From the NCBI RefSeq assembly GCF_902713615.1, contig NW_024055482.1, positions 1 to 64,000 on the forward strand: DNA of 64,000 nucleotides, written 5' to 3'. Each line of letters opens with the position of its first letter. Position 1 is the first letter of the stretch. Origin of the DNA: Scyliorhinus canicula (lineage: Eukaryota). Positions 47,380 to 61,690 of this stretch are shown piece after piece. Both the position numbers and the translations under genes were made by a program. The notes below the pieces were generated by a model. It had not been told where the DNA came from. It saw only the letters and a list, made by a program, of their open reading frames with translations, and did not search any database.

Positions 47380-48090
47380 CAAAACAGCTACAGCCCTTGC
47401 CTCCTTGAAAAGTCCATCGCCTTCTCGGGTTCCACAAAATAATGGTGCTGGCCCTCGTGCGTGACCCACAGATGCGTCGAGTAGAGCACTCCAAATTTCA
47501 CCTGCTTCCTGTACAAAATCTGTAACCTGTAACTTGCCTGTAGCCTGCCCTCCTTCTGGCCACCTCCATGCTCAGGTTCTGGTAGACGCGCCGGGTACTA
47601 TTGTCCCATTTGTAGTTCCGCGTACTCTTGGCCCACTGAAGAACTTGCTCCTTACCCAGGAACCTGTGGAATCGGACCACCATTGCCCGTGGGGGACCCC
47701 CTGGCCGCGGCTGTGCTCTATCTGCCCTGTCCACCTCCAGCGGTCGAGGGAATACCTCATTCCCCAGCAGCTTCTGGAACATGTCTGCCATCTACTTGGC
47801 AGCATCCAACCCCTCAGCCCCCGCCGGGAGGCCAACGACTCTCAGGTTCTGCCGGCGGGACCTGTTCTCCAGGTTCTCCATCTTTTCCAAGAGCCTTTTT
47901 TGTTGCTCCCACAACTTTCCGATCTCCACGTCCGCCACCGTTTGAAAATCCGCCTGTTCCTCCGCTGTCCTCTCCAGCTCCTGGATCGTCCGATTCTAGG
48001 TGTCCAGCCTTTTCTCCAATCGACAAATGAACTCTGGAGCCGTTCCAAATTATCCTGTTTCAGTGCTGATAAGCTGTCCTGTATAACCTT
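47380..48090 (-). mobile_element. Second L1 ORF1 fragment
   Basis: Coiled-coil region plus RPLEVDRADR...PRAMVVRFHRF...KEQVLQWAK, typical of L1 ORF1p. Confidence 0.82.
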
Positions 48091-48091
48091 C

Positions 48092-51000
48092 AACAAAGAA
48101 CAAAGACAATTACAGCACAGGAACAGGCCCTTCGGCCCTCCCAGCCTGCGCCGATCCAGATCCTTTATCTAAACCTGTCTCCTATTTTCCAAGGTCTACT
48201 TCCCTCTGTTCCCGCCCGTTCATATACCCATCTAGATGCATCTTAAATGATGCTATCGTGCCCGCCTCTACCATCTCCGCTGGTAAAGCGTTCCAGGCAC
48301 CCACCACCCTCTGCGTAAAAAACTTTCCACGCACATCTCCCTTAAACTTTCCCCCTCTTACCTTGAAATCGTGACCCCTTGTAACTGACAACCCCACTAA
48401 TGGGAAAACGTGTTGCTATCCACCCTGTCCATACCTCTCTTAATTTTGTAGACTTCAATCAGGTCCCCCCTCAACCTCCGTCTTTCCAACGAAAACAATC
48501 CTAATCTACTCAACCTTTCTTCATAGCTAGCACCCTCCATACCAGGCAACATCCTGGTGAACCTCCTCTGCACCCTCTCCAAGGCATCCACATCCTTCTG
48601 TTAATGTGGCGTCCAGAACTGCACACAGTATTCCAAATGTGGCCTAACCAAAGTCCTATACAACTGTAACATGACCTGCCTACCTTGTACTCAATACCCC
48701 GTCCGATGAAGGCAAGCATGCTGTATGCCTCTTGACCACTCTATCAACCTGCGTTGCCACCTTCAGGGTACAATGGACCTGAACTCCCACATCTCTCTGT
48801 ACATCAATTTTCCCCAGGACCCTTCCATTGACCATATAGTCCGCTCTTGAATTTGATCTTCCAAAATGCATCACCTCGCATTTGCCTGGATTGAACTCCA
48901 TCTGCCATTTCTCTGCCCAACTCTCCAAATTATCTATATTTTGTTGTATTCTCTGACAGTCCTCCTCGCTCTCTGCAACTCCACCAATCTTTGTATTATC
49001 TGCAAACTTGCTAATCAGGCCACCTATACCTTCCTCCAGGTCATTTATGTACATCACAAACAACAGTGGTCCGAGCACGGATCCCTGTGGATCACCACTA
49101 GTCACCTTCTCTATTTTGAGACACTCCCTTCCACCACTACTCTCTGCCTCCTGTTGCCCAGCCAGTTCTTTATCCATTTAGCTAGTACACCCTGAACCCC
49201 ATACGACTTCACTTTTTCCATCAACATGCCATGGGAAACCTTATCAAATGCCTTACTAAAGTCCATGAATATGACATCTACAGCCCTTCCCTCATCAATT
49301 AACTTTGTCACTTCCTCAAATAATTATATTAGGTTTGTAAGACATGACCTTCCCTGCACAAAACCATGCTACCTATCACTGATAAGTCTATTTTCTTCCA
49401 GATGTGAATAGATCCTATCCCTCAGTATCTTCTCCAACAGCTTGCCTACCAGTGACATCAAGCTCACAGGTCTGTAATTCCCTGGATTTTCCCTGCTACC
49501 CTTCTGAAACAAAGGGACAACATTAGCAATTCTCCAGTCCTCCGGGACCTCACCCGTGCTCAAGGATGCTGCAAAGATATTTGTTAAGGCCTCAGCTATT
49601 TCGACCCTCGCTTCCCTCAATAACCTAGGATAGATCTCATCTGGTCCTGGGGACCTGTCCACCTTAATGTCTTTTAGAATACCCAAAACTTCCCCTTTCC
49701 GTAGGACAACTTGACCTAGAGTACTTAAACATCCATCCCTAGCCTCGACATTAGTCTTGTCCCTCTCCTTTGTGAATACCGATGCAAAGTACTCATTAAG
49801 AATCTCACCCATTTCCTCTGAGTCCACGCATAAATTCCCTCCCTTGTCTTTGAGTGGGCCAATCATTTCCCTAGTTACCCTCTTGCTCCTTACATACGAA
49901 TAAAAGGCTTTGGGATTTTCCTTAACCCTGTTAGCCAAAGATATTTCATGACCCCTTTTAGCCCTTTTTATTGCGCGTTTGAGATTCGCCCAACTTTCCT
50001 GATATTCCTCCAAAGCTTCATCAGTTTTGAGTCGCCTCGATCTTACATATGCTTCCTTTTTCATCTTAGCTAGTCTCACAATTTCACCCGTCATCCATGG
50101 TTCCCTAATCTTGCCATTTCTATCTCTCATTTTCACAGGAACATGTCTGTCCTGCACTCTAATCAACCTTTCCTTAAAACCTTTCCTTAAACAGCTGCTC
50201 CCAATCCACATTCCCTAGCTCCTGCCGAATTTTGTTATACTCTGCCTTTCCCCAATTTAGCACTCTTCCTTTCGGACCCCTCTTGTCCTTGTCCATGAGT
50301 ATTCTAAAACGTACGGAATTGTGATCGCTATTCCCAAAGTAATCACCGACTGAAACATCAACCACCTGGCCGGGATCATTCCCCAATACCAGGTCCAGAA
50401 TGTACCCTTGGCGAGTTGGACTATTTACATACTGCTCGACAAAACTCTCCTGGATGCTCCTTACAAACTCTGCTCCATCTACGCCTCCAACGCTACACGA
50501 ATCCCATTTAATGTTGGGGAAGTTAAAATCTCCCATCACAACCACCCTATTGCTCCTTCATTTTTCTATAATCTGTCTGCATATTTGTACCTCTACTTCA
50601 TGCTCGCTTTTGGGAGGCCTGTAGTAAAGTCCCAACAATGTTACTGCACCCTTCCAATTTCTCAGCTCCACCCATATTGCCTCAGTGCTCGAATCCTCCA
50701 TCGTGCCCTCCTTAATCACAGCTGTGATATCATCTCTGACGAGTAATGAAACTCCTCCACCCCTTCTACCTCCCTCTCTATCCCTCCTGAAGCATCTATA
50801 CCCTGGGATATTCAGTTGCCAGTCCTGCCCTTCCCTCAACCAAGTCTCAGTAATACCAATAACATCATATTCCCAGGTACTGATCCAAGCCCTAAATTCA
50901 TCTCCCTTACCTGCTACACTTCTCGCATTAAAACAAATGCACCTCAGACCACCTGTCCCTTTGCGTTCATCATCTCTTCCCTGTCTACTCTTCCCCTTTG

Positions 51001-51940
51001 TCACATTGAGTTTATTGTCTCGTACCTTACTGGCTTTAGTTGCTGCTTCTTTACTGACCTCTAATTTCCTAATCCGGTTCCCATCCCCCTGCCACATTAA
51101 TTTAAAACCTCCCCAACAGTGTTAGGAAAAACACCCCCTAGGACATTGGTTCCAGTCCTGCCCAGGTGTAGACCATCCGGTTTGTAATGGTCCCACCACC
51201 CCCAGAACCGGTTCCAATGTCCCAAAAATCTGAACCCCTCCATCCTGCACCATCTCTCAAGCCACGTATTCATTCTGACTATTCTTGAATTTCTACTCTG
51301 ACTGTCCCGTGGCACTGGTAGCAATCCTGAGATTACTACCTTTGAGGTCCTACTTTTTAACTTATCTCCTAACTCCCTAAATTCTGATTGTAGGACCTCA
51401 TCCCTTTTGTTTACCTATATCGTTGGTGCCTATATGCACCACGACAACTGGTTGTTCACCTCCCCCTTCAGTATGTCCTGCAGCCGATCGGAGACATCCC
51501 TGACCCGAGTACCCGGGAGGCAACATACCATTCGGGAGTCTCATTTTCGACCACAGGAATGCCTGTCTACTCCCCTTACAATTGAATCCCCTATGACTAT
51601 AGCCCTGCCAGTCTTCTTCCCGACCTTCTGTGCAGCAGAGCTAGCCACGGCGCCATGAGCCTGGCTACTACTGCCTTCCCCTGGTGAGTCATCTCCCCCA
51701 ACAGTATCCCAAACGGTATACCTGTTTTGGAGGGAGATGACCGCAGGGGACACCTGCACTACCTTCCTGCTCTTTCTCTGCCTTTTCGTCACCCATTCCC
51801 TGTCTCCCTCACCAATCCTAATCTGCGGTGTTACCAACTCACTGAACGTGCTGTCCACGACCTCCTCAGCATCGTGGATGCTCCAAAGTGAGTCCACCCA
51901 CAGCTCCAGAGCCGTCATGCGGTCTAACAGGCGCTGCAGC
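48092..51940 (-). mobile_element. Near full-length CR1 LINE (esterase ORF1 + APE/RT ORF2, frameshifted)
   Basis: SGNH-type motifs IVIGDSIVRG and DGLHL; endonuclease CFNARS...GITETWL; RT NYRPVSL, FMDFSKAFDKV, PQGSVLGPLLF, FADNTK; short tandem 3' tail at ~48092. Confidence 0.93.
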
Positions 51941-52489
51941 AGGTCCAAACCACTTAATATCTTCTCACAGGGATTTACCTCAAGTGTATTTGCTAAATTA
52001 CCTCCCAAGCATTTCGATAATGTCTTAATTAAGAAGACCAAACATTGCACAGAATTCCAGACTGGAATCCATTTCAGTCTTTCCCTCCACAAACCTCCCA
52101 ATCCACCCTTGTATCTTATTGTGCTTTGCGCGTTTCCCAGAGATCATCCAATCTTTCTCTGCCTTTCAATGAAATGTTTCTTCCTGGTTCTGTATTAACT
52201 TTCTCCAGGTTTATATGGGTTCCCTAAGTTCCTGTTTCCCTCTGTTAAATTAGTATATCATTTCCACTCTCCCACTGCACTGCTTCAAAAGACCATAAGG
52301 CGATATGAAATTGGAACATAATTAGACCAATCGGCCTTTCAAGTCTCCCCCCCCCCCCATTCAATCATGGTTGATATTTTTTCTCAACCACATTCCCCTC
52401 CCTTCCACCTAATCCCGTTATTAATCAAAAACCTATCTACCTATCATGTCTCACCAAATTGATTGAGTTTTTTGAAGTGGTGATAAAGA

Positions 52490-53140
52490 AAGGTCTGTGG
52501 ATGTAGTTTAAATGGACTTCAGAAAGGCGTTTGACAAGGTCCCACATGGCAGACTGTTACAAAAACTAAAATCACATGGGATTCGGTTTGGGCTGGCTGG
52601 CTGGATACAGAAGTGGCTTGGTTATAGGAGTCAGAGAGTAGTGGTGGAAGGGTATTTTTCTGAACGGAGATATGTAGCTAGTGGTATTCCGCAGGGGACA
52701 GTGCTGGGACCTCTGCTGTTTGCAGTGTATGTAAATGTTCTGGAGGAAAACGTGGATGGTCTAATCAGCAAGTTTGCAGATGACACGAAGATTGCTGATA
52801 GTTCCGAAGATTGGCAGATAATAAAACAGGATATGGATAGATTGGCGAACTGGGAACAGAGATGACAGATGGAGTTTAATTCGGACAAATGCGAGTTGAT
52901 GCATTTTGGAGGATCTAATCTAGGTATAAATTATACTATAAATGGCAGAACCATTATGAACATTAACATACAGAGGGATCTGGGCATGCAAGTCCACAGT
53001 TCCGTAAAAGTGGCAATACGTGGGTTTGAGTAGGGTGATCATTGCTCGGCACAACGTCGAGGGCCGAAGGGCCTGTTCTGTGCTGTACTGTTCTATGTTT
53101 TATGTAATATTGGTGGCCAAGGTGTTGAAGAAGGCATGTG
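52490..53140 (+). mobile_element. CR1 RT fragment with a SINE tail inserted at ~53010-53100
   Basis: MDFRKAFDKVPH...PQGTVLGPLLF...KFADDTK. Confidence 0.88.
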
Positions 53141-53454
53141 GCATGCTTGCCTTCATCAGCCGGGGCATTGAGTACAAGGAGTTGGGAAATGAAGTTGCAG
53201 AGCACGGAGAACTGTACAGAAATCTGAACATGGTGAGGATTATCGACACAGTGGTACAGTACACAGACAAGCTATGCAAAACAGCCGACAGGGCGAGGAT
53301 CATAGACACAGTGATACAATGCACAGTGAATGCTGTGCAAAACACTAAACAGGGTGAGGATTACTGACACGCCGTGGTAAAGACATAGAGTGATGTAAAT
53401 CCAGCGGAGATTTCAGCAACTTTGCCATTTTGGAAATTCAAGACTCACAGTTGA

Positions 53455-53670
53455 AAGTACAGCACGAACACACACACAAACACGCATATAACACAGAAAC
53501 TCACACGAACAAACACACACATACAAAAGCACAGAAGTGCGCACACATTAACAATCACAAACACACACAAGCAAATACACAAACATAAGTAGAGGCATAC
53601 ACACAAACTCACACACACACACACAAACACAGACAAAAATGCACACAGTAACACACACAAACAAACACAG
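53455..53670. repeat. CA-rich low-complexity tract
   Basis: Degenerate (ACAC/ACAA)n run. Confidence 0.85.
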
Positions 53671-55351
53671 AATATATTTATCTAGAATAATGTATTTGCA
53701 ATTAGCCTTATGTGTTTGCAGGGCTGAATCTAATAATTAAACACTCTGGGGTTTGACGTTCGTTCTTCTTTACTTGGGGAATTCATATTCGTCTTTCTGT
53801 CCCCCCAGAATTATTACTTCTGTTAAAGTTTCCAACGAATGAAGGAACAAGGAGCCCTAGAGTATTTGGGTGAGGTTCATTTCAGGTGGATCAGTAGGTT
53901 ATGAAAGTGGTGATCAAAGCACATAGTTTCCTGACCTCCAGAACAGAGCTGCGTGATACAAAAGAGAGGAAGCGTTGGCGATGCTGCATAAAAAATAATG
54001 GTTCGCCCTGAACTGGAGTGCTGTGTACATTTCCGGAAATCGCACATTGGGAATGTTATGAACGCTTCAGCAAGGGGGCCGAGAAGTTTTCCACAATTTT
54101 CCAGTGATTAAAAAAAACAGTTACTTGGATAGGTTGGAGAAGTTGGGGGTTCTTCTCTATGTCGGATGCAAGGTTCAGATGAGATTTTGTAGAGCTGTTC
54201 AAAATCAAGTTTTTTTCGGGACCGAGTAGATAGAAATAAACGATTCCATTTTTTGAAAGATTCGAGAAGCAGAACAGGACGTTGTGTTTCCATTCACCTC
54301 CTTGGTGAATGGGCCGTGGCTCCAAAAACCCACTGTGGCACAAGGCGAATTGATCACACATTTTGCCGTTTACCAACTGCACTATTTTATCCATTTGGTG
54401 GTACCTTCATTTTGAAGTGAGTTGTCATATACTTTTTACCCAAAAGGGACGGCAGGTGCCCCCTCCCACAGAATTACACAAACATGTCCTATCATACGTC
54501 AAAGATACGTCTCTTTACCGTTCTATCTTCGATGCAACATCGCAAAACACTGTCCGCACTTCGGGAGTACGGTGATTAGCTGTTTCTGTCATTAATGTGT
54601 GGTCAACAGGCGACAGATTATCTTCAAATGCGCACAGCATTAAAACAACCAGTTTCCAAAACCTAGTTAGTCTTGATCGAAATCTTGAAGGGGGCATAGA
54701 CTCGGGTACCTGAACATCTTGTTCTCGTTTTTAAAATTATGTCAAAGGTGTCAGGAGTGGTTTCAAAACGATTCGGAAGAACGTGATCTTTTTAATACAT
54801 TGACTCAGAAAGCAGGCTGAAGGTGAAACCCTTCTGTCGGCCAATTTAACATGATTTCATACAACAGACAGTCAAAGCGGGATCAAATATCTTCAAGGAG
54901 TACATTTAATTTTGTAATATCGCCACAATAGATAAACCTGATTTAATTTATCAATGAATCCGAATAAAACAAAGCCTCAGGATTTGTCATCCAATAACAA
55001 TCAGGACATGGAGCGAACATAAAGTCAGAGCCCAGTGTGTTAATCAAGGACACAGAGGCAGTAACACAATAATTAAGATCTTAAAACCATCAGAGGACAA
55101 GTCGAGAGTAAGAACCAAGGACACGTATCCAGCTCATTAATTATGTGAATTCGGTGAAAAGTGACAAGAGAACGGGCCAGATGAAATAATCAAGGGACCT
55201 TGGACTTCGAAAAATATTCTAACATTTCCCTCAGTGATTTAGTCTCAATTTTGGTTGCCTGCTCCCATGTGAATTAAACTGGTCAGTTTTATGATAGTTA
55301 ACGAGTTTTGTAAATGTAAGTTGTTTTTGATAATACACTTTGTATGATGTG

Positions 55352-55690
55352 GGGGGCAGCGTGGCAACACACTGGTTAGCACAGTTGCTTCACAGCTCCA
55401 GGGTCCAGGTTCGATTACCTGCTGGGTCACTGTCTGTGCGGAGTCTGCACGTTCTCCCTGTGTCTGCGTAGGTTTCCTCCGGGTGCTCTGGTCTCCTCTC
55501 ACAATCCAAAGATGCGCAGGTTAGACGGAATGGCCATGATGAATGGCACTTAGCATCCAAAAAAAGGCCAGCTGTTGGTTACTGGGTTACGGGGACAGGG
55601 TGGAGACGTGGACTTAAGTAGGGTGCTCTTTCCAGGAGCCGGTGCAGACTCTATGGGCAGAATAGCCTCCTTCTGCACTGTAACGTCTAT
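55352..55690 (+). mobile_element. SINE
   Basis: GGGGCAGCGTGGCAACACACTGGTTAGCAC head, body and tail. Confidence 0.83.
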
Positions 55691-55849
55691 GGATAGCCGC
55701 TGGTGTCTCCCGGTAGAATTTGTGTTGTGTGGGTATAATTTGCATTCTGTGAGGAACCTGTTTTTTGCATGCCAGTCTAACTTCTGTTATGTGAGTAAGT
55801 CCGACAGCATGTTGCTAACACTGTGTCAGGCTAATTCTCCCTGATTACA

Positions 55850-56340
55850 CCATAAGACATAGAACCATAATTAGGCCACTCGGCCCATCGAGTTGCTCCG
55901 CCATTCAATCATGGTTGATATTTTTCTCATCCCCACTCTTCTGCCTTCTCCCCATAACCCCGGATCCCCTTATTAATCAAGAACCTATCTATCTCTGCCT
56001 TCAAGACGTTCAGCGATTTGGCCTCAACAGCTTGCTGCGCAAAAATATCCACAGATTCACTACCCTCTGGCTGAAGAAGTTCCTCCTCATCTCTGTTTTA
56101 ACGGATTGTCCCTTTGGTCTGGGATTGTGTTCTCTGCTCATTTTTCCTACAAGTGGAATCATCCTCTCCATGTCCACTCTATCCAGGCCTCGCAGTATTC
56201 TGCAAGTTTCTACAAGATCCCCCCTCATCCTTCTAAACTCCAATGACTACAGACCCAGAGTCGTCAACCGATCCTCATACGACAAGGTGTTCTTTCCAAG
56301 GATTGTTCTTGTGGATCTCCTCTGGACCCTTTCCACGGGC
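55850..56340 (-). mobile_element. CR1 3' fragment
   Basis: FRRMRGDLVETCRILRGLDRVD...FFSQRVVNLW on the minus strand. Confidence 0.85.
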
Positions 56341-56929
56341 TGCACATCTTTCCTTTTTTTTTGGTGGCAGCTGAATTTATTTCTTTCAGGCAGGAACATA
56401 ACATAAAAACAGCAGAGACCAACACTGAGCACTTCCCTCAGTGCCGAACTGAATGAAAAAAAACAATAAATTAAAAATCTGTCACCGACTTTTAAATTCC
56501 TCCCCTCCCACTTTTACAAGTTCCTCACCGCACACCTTCCAAATTGCGAGTTTTTGGAAGGGAGGAGGGATGGTGGGGCGGGGAGGAGCAAAGAATGGTC
56601 CCAGAAAATGGCCCCTGGCTCACTCAAAATGGCCACTGCTTCATTTAATATGGCTAGCGCCTCCTCACTCAAAATACCCACCAACCCGTTCGCTCAGGTG
56701 ACGAACGCACTTTGTTTTTTACAGAAGAAAAGGGAACAAACACAGCAGTCATCCTCGAGCACCACCTAAAAATATTGTACTTCTCAGAATAAAAGGAGGA
56801 AAGCAATCTTGAATGGATGGGCTTCGAACCGTGACCCCTGGACGGGAATTTCGATGTGCGGCTCAAAATGGCCGCCACCCCTGCTCAAATCGGCCGTCAG
56901 CTCTCCCCCTGCCTCTTACTCCTGCTCAA

Positions 56930-57415
56930 AATGCTTTTCTTTCCTTAGATACGGGGTCCAAAACTTCTCACAGTACTCCAAATGGGGCATGACCAGGGCC
57001 TCATACAGCCACAGAAGTACGTCTGTTCAGTGTCCCCAGAACTTTCTCCTTAGTGATGGCCACTACACTCACCTCTGCCCCCTGTTTCTCCTGGAGCTTT
57101 GGCATCCCACTGGTATCTTCCACCGTGAAGACTGATGCAAAGTAGCTATTCAGTTCGTCTGCCATTTCTTTGTTTCCTATTATTACTTCTCCAGCCACAT
57201 TGTCCAGTGGTCCAATGTCTATTTTTGCCTCTCTCTTTATATTGAAAAAACTCTTCCCATCTTCATTTATATTAGTAGCTAGCTTGCACTCATATTTCAT
57301 CTTCGCTCTCCTTATTGATATTTTAGCTGTCATCTGCTCGCTCTTAAAGGCTTCCCAATCCTCTGGCTTCTCACTAATCCTCGCCACTTTTTATGTTTTT
57401 TCTTTTGCGTTTATA
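56930..57415 (-). mobile_element. CR1 ORF2 fragments
   Basis: EMADELNSYFASVFTVED motif joined to a 3' piece. Confidence 0.8.
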
Positions 57416-58239
57416 CTGTCCTTGAGTCTAATGTCACTGAGATAAACTGGCTTCTGTGTGATGGCTATAATACTTCTTCATTGAGTCACAATAGTGAACA
57501 TTCCACATGACTAAACAGGCCTTGCTATTGATCAATTCAATTACAAACTACGCTGAGCTGCACGAGATGTCGATACCCGCTCGGTGTCTCCCTGGAGTCA
57601 CTCAACATTCTAACCCCCAACCAAACGAAAATGGAAAATGAATCCTGTGTCTGTTTTTCAAGTAACTGTGAATCACTCCTTTAATAAAAGTGGACGGCTG
57701 TTGCTGGAATCAGACTCAGAAAGAGAAAATACTGGGCACGGTACATCACATCCTTTCCCTCTCCACAGCTGCTGTAAGACCTTATGGGATTGTCCACTCC
57801 TCAGTAGGTTAGTGCTGTCCGTGGTAACTAACCACATGATAGAATTAGTTTTAGAAAGCTGTGGTTCCTGGGCATCCTGCTAGAGGGAGCAACGTGAGTA
57901 TATATTTCCAAAAATCCAAACATTTGGCAGTTTCTGACTTTGCGTCTAAATCGGGCAGTATCGTGTGGAATACAATGTCACAATTGTGTTGAATTATTTT
58001 ACCATTGTTTTGAGGTGGATTACATTTCTGTAGGAATGCGATATATTCTGCAGATTCATTCTCGGCTATTTCACACTTTCGCTTAAATTTAAGATTCTCA
58101 TGCTTGCAACAGTGGCGGACTGATGTTGGGTCTAAGCTGCGAAGCCACCTGACGGACAGTTTTACAGTCGACGTGGTTTTCTGTCCCAGAGGAGAAGTTA
58201 ACCAGACTGAGTGTAAAACACGCGGCTCACTCACGCCAG

Positions 58240-58900
58240 CATGAAACCAATTTCATCCCCATGTTCGCGAGGCACTTGCCCAGCATCCGCATCACTAGGC
58301 CAGTGTCATAGCCACTTTACTAAAGTTTCTTATGGGTTCGGGAGTAGCATTATTGTGCCTTGCAATCACTATTTCCTGTTCTGCACTGTCACTGGGAAAG
58401 ACAGCTCTTTTGACTCCCTCACAACCTGTCTCAGATGCAATCCAGCAGCTATGTACTTTAAGATTCGGCCTACTACGTCTATGCTGGTGCTTCCCGAGGT
58501 ATTCTTGATGATGAACATTGAAGTCCCCCACCCAGAGTACATTTCGTCCCCTTGCCACCTCAGTGTTTCCTCCAAATGATGTTCAGCATGGAGGAGTACT
58601 GATTCATCAGCTGTCGGGGGATGGTACTTGGCAATCAGCAGGATGTTTATTTGTCCATGCTTCATCTGAAACCAGTTTCACGGGATCTTGGGTCGAATTT
58701 GGGCTCTCCCAGGGGAACACCCTCCCGGATGTATAGCGTTGTGCCGCCACCTCTGCTGAGTCTGTTCGACTGGTGGGACGAGGCATACGCAGGGATGGGG
58801 AGGATATGTTTCTAACCTTCTCTGTGTGTGAGGAGAACACTTGTTAACCGATTTGCTGATCACTTTCCCAGTGCCAAACAGAACAGTTAATCCAGGGGTT
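58240..58900 (-). mobile_element. LINE APE-endonuclease fragment
   Basis: ARGRNVLWVGDFNVHHQE and LLIAKYHPPTADESV motifs. Confidence 0.72.
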
Positions 58901-60589
58901 CCTGAAGTGTCGTTCTTCACAGTTTGATGTCTGTCAATCAGAAAATTCGTGTTCAGTCACATTGAAATTGCAGATTGGGACAAGATGACAAGCACAGTTT
59001 ACTGGAAATCAAAAACCCATTCGGACTTTAAGCAATGTGTGGCCAACTCTCCCGCTTTATCTGTATGTTTCACTTCAAACTGAAGGAACGATCAGATACT
59101 CGGCGTGTTGAAGAAAATTGGACTTTGTTTTCTCTGCTTCTCCTTCAAAACTCATCTGATTAAATCACAGCCTCCTCCGTCCTTGCTCGATACCAGATCT
59201 GGGCACCTGTCTGTGGAGTATGAACTAGGAAAAGCCATACCTTCTTTCTCCACACATTCTACTGACGCCATAGGTTTCTGAACTGCATTACATTAGCACA
59301 GCCTTCGAAAAGTAATTGCGCAGGGTATAGGTAAATATTTGTATACTGGGATCATCAAGAACTTCGTGTTCCATTCCCTCATCATTCAATCTCACAAAGA
59401 TGTCATTCAGCACATGGTGCCTGACTGACCTCTGAGGGGAGCGTTCAAATTACTCTGCCTCTATTGCCCCTGCCCCGCTGCCTTGCTGAAGGTTCGAAGT
59501 CAGGACGTTATCCTATTCCATTTTTGACATTTAAACCCGCTTCCACATGCCTTTCAGTCAGTGAACACGTCTCAAATTCACACATTGCAAAGCAAATACC
59601 AGCTCAAATTGTCTCTGGTTCTTTAGCAAATGTCAATCCTTCACATGCAAGTTCTCTGGTGACTGAACCTTCTGCCACTAGAGGCAATATCTCCTTATTT
59701 ATTCAACCGGAATTGTTGACAGCTGTCAATATCAATCAAATCTTCTCTCAGACTTCCCAGTTTTACGGAGAACACATTCCCCAGTCTTTCCACAAAGCGG
59801 AAGCATTTCTTCATTGGTTCCATTTTAATGATGTCCCACCCCTCTCCATGGCCCTCAATCATTCATCAGATGTGGTGCACAGATTTGAACAATAATCTAG
59901 CCCAGATATTATCAACGTTATACAAATGTATAGCGTAACATTTTCACCTTTTGTATTGATAAAGGCAGTAATCTCAAATGCATTTCACAGAAGTCTCAAC
60001 CTTCCCTCCCATCACATCACTTCTCTCGCTCTTTCCACAGTGCCTATAAAATTGTATAATTTACTATATATTACCTCTCCTCGTTCTTCAAAGCCCCTAA
60101 CCCGATCCGACAATGTGCATTGTCCTTCTGAATATCTGTCCATTCTCTGTCACTGCAAATTAGAATTCTGAATATGACAGAACTGGAAAGTAATCGTTAC
60201 TAAATTGAAGCATTGTTAGAATTGAAAAAAAACATAGACGGCGATGGTGCAGTAATCATTGTGTATATTGTAAATATCTACCTGGATATTATCAGTGGTC
60301 TGTATCATATTGTAACCTGATCATCAGTTTCTGGATTGAAGGAAGCTGCCGGCTCTGAGGCGTCGGCATTCTGATCAGTCATTTAAGCGAGGTTCCATGA
60401 ACCGTTTCAGAGTTTTGTTAAAGGTATTACCGGCACCATTGCAATAATAGTGTAAATACGACCACCCAACAAAATCACATGGACCGATCTCCCAACTCAT
60501 TTCTGAAATGAAAAGGGGGCGAGAGCATCTACTGACAGAACAACTCGTCCACCGAACCCCTGTTCAATAGACTGAGGTGGGAGAGGTTG

Positions 60590-60940
60590 TTTAATAATAA
60601 TCATAATAATCGCTTCATTGTCAGAACTGGAAAGTAATCGTTACTAAATTGAAGCATTGTTAGAATTGAAAAAAACATAGACGGCGATGGTGCAGTAATC
60701 ATTGTGTATGATTACTGGCGCCTGTTCAGGTACACAGAGGGATAATTCAGAATGTCCAATTAACCTAACAGCACGTCTTTCGGGACTTGTGGGAGGAAAC
60801 CGGAGCACTCGGAGGAAACCCACGCAAACACGGGGAGAACGTGCCGACTCCGCACAGACAGTGACCCAAGCCAGGAATCGAACCTGGGACCCTGGCGCTG
60901 TACAGCAACGGTGCCAACCATTGTGCTACCATGCGGCGCA
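60590..60940 (-). mobile_element. SINE carrying an 88-bp foreign insert
   Basis: HE1-like SINE; 60622-60709 duplicates 60178-60266. Confidence 0.82.
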
Positions 60941-61212
60941 GTTTGAGCTCCGTTTAAACTGCAGCTCACAAAACTAATGAAGCGATAGGCAAGTGGAGGC
61001 TCCGTGGTAGCAAGAGCTGTGGATGTTCACAACCGGCTGCCCCGCTTAAATACTCAAGTTCTGTTGTGAGCTGCACTGTGGGCGTGGCCTAATTTACCGA
61101 TTTAAGGGCGTAATTTAGTTTTAGTTCAGCTCTGAGGAGCAGTCTCCCAGAGCAGTCCAGGTTTGCAGTCTCCCGATCCCCGTCATCTAAACCATCAGCT
61201 CCAGGCAGCAGA

Positions 61213-61690
61213 ATGACGGGAATCCTCCTTGTTTTCACCCTGTATGTCTGTTTACCCCGTGAGTACCGATCAGACTAACCCAGATTGTGTGGATTTAATA
61301 TAAAGCTGCCCGAGTCCATCCCAATTACAGACCCTGTCTGGGGTTTTAGCCCTGATCTGTGTTTCTGGCTGTGATGGTCCATTAAACTGTCTCTGTTTAA
61401 TTTCCAGGATGTTTGAGTCAGTCAGTGACACAGGACCCAGAAGCGGTGACCAGCGAGGAGTGTCAGACTCTCACCGTTAACTGTGTGTATTCCGGTTATT
61501 ATTTCGAAAATGGACATTTCTTCAGTCAAACCCAGCCCGGGGCAGATTGGGAGGTGATCTCCAGCGGAGAGAGATTTGTTGTGTCGGTGAATAAAGCAGA
61601 AAATACATTTTCGCTGGAAATTCGGGATGTGAGAGTTGAAGACAGCGCCACCTATTTCTGTAAAGCTCATTATAAATACTGGTACACAGA
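61213..61690 (+). CDS. NAR-TCR V: NAR-TCR (IgNAR-like) V segment
   Basis: Leader 61213-61258 (MTGILLVFTLYVCLP, phase 1). V exon 61408-61690: CLSQSVTQDPEAVTSEECQTLTVNCVYSGYYFENGHFFSQTQPGADWEVISSGERFVVSVNKAENTFSLEIRDVRVEDSATYFCKAHYKYWYT. CDR2 is deleted as in VNAR and there is an extra FR1 Cys. RSS: CACAGTG 61691-61697, 22 bp, ACAAAATCC 61720-61728. Confidence 0.92.

Noticed and set aside
44547-52888. Long ORFs (269, 280, 212, 186, 179 aa) as host genes
   Set aside because: All are L1 or CR1 ORF1/ORF2 pieces or their antisense shadows.
56580-56900. Repeated AAAATGGCC (YY1-like) motifs
   Set aside because: They lie among repeat fragments with no linked gene; probably part of an unclassified transposon.
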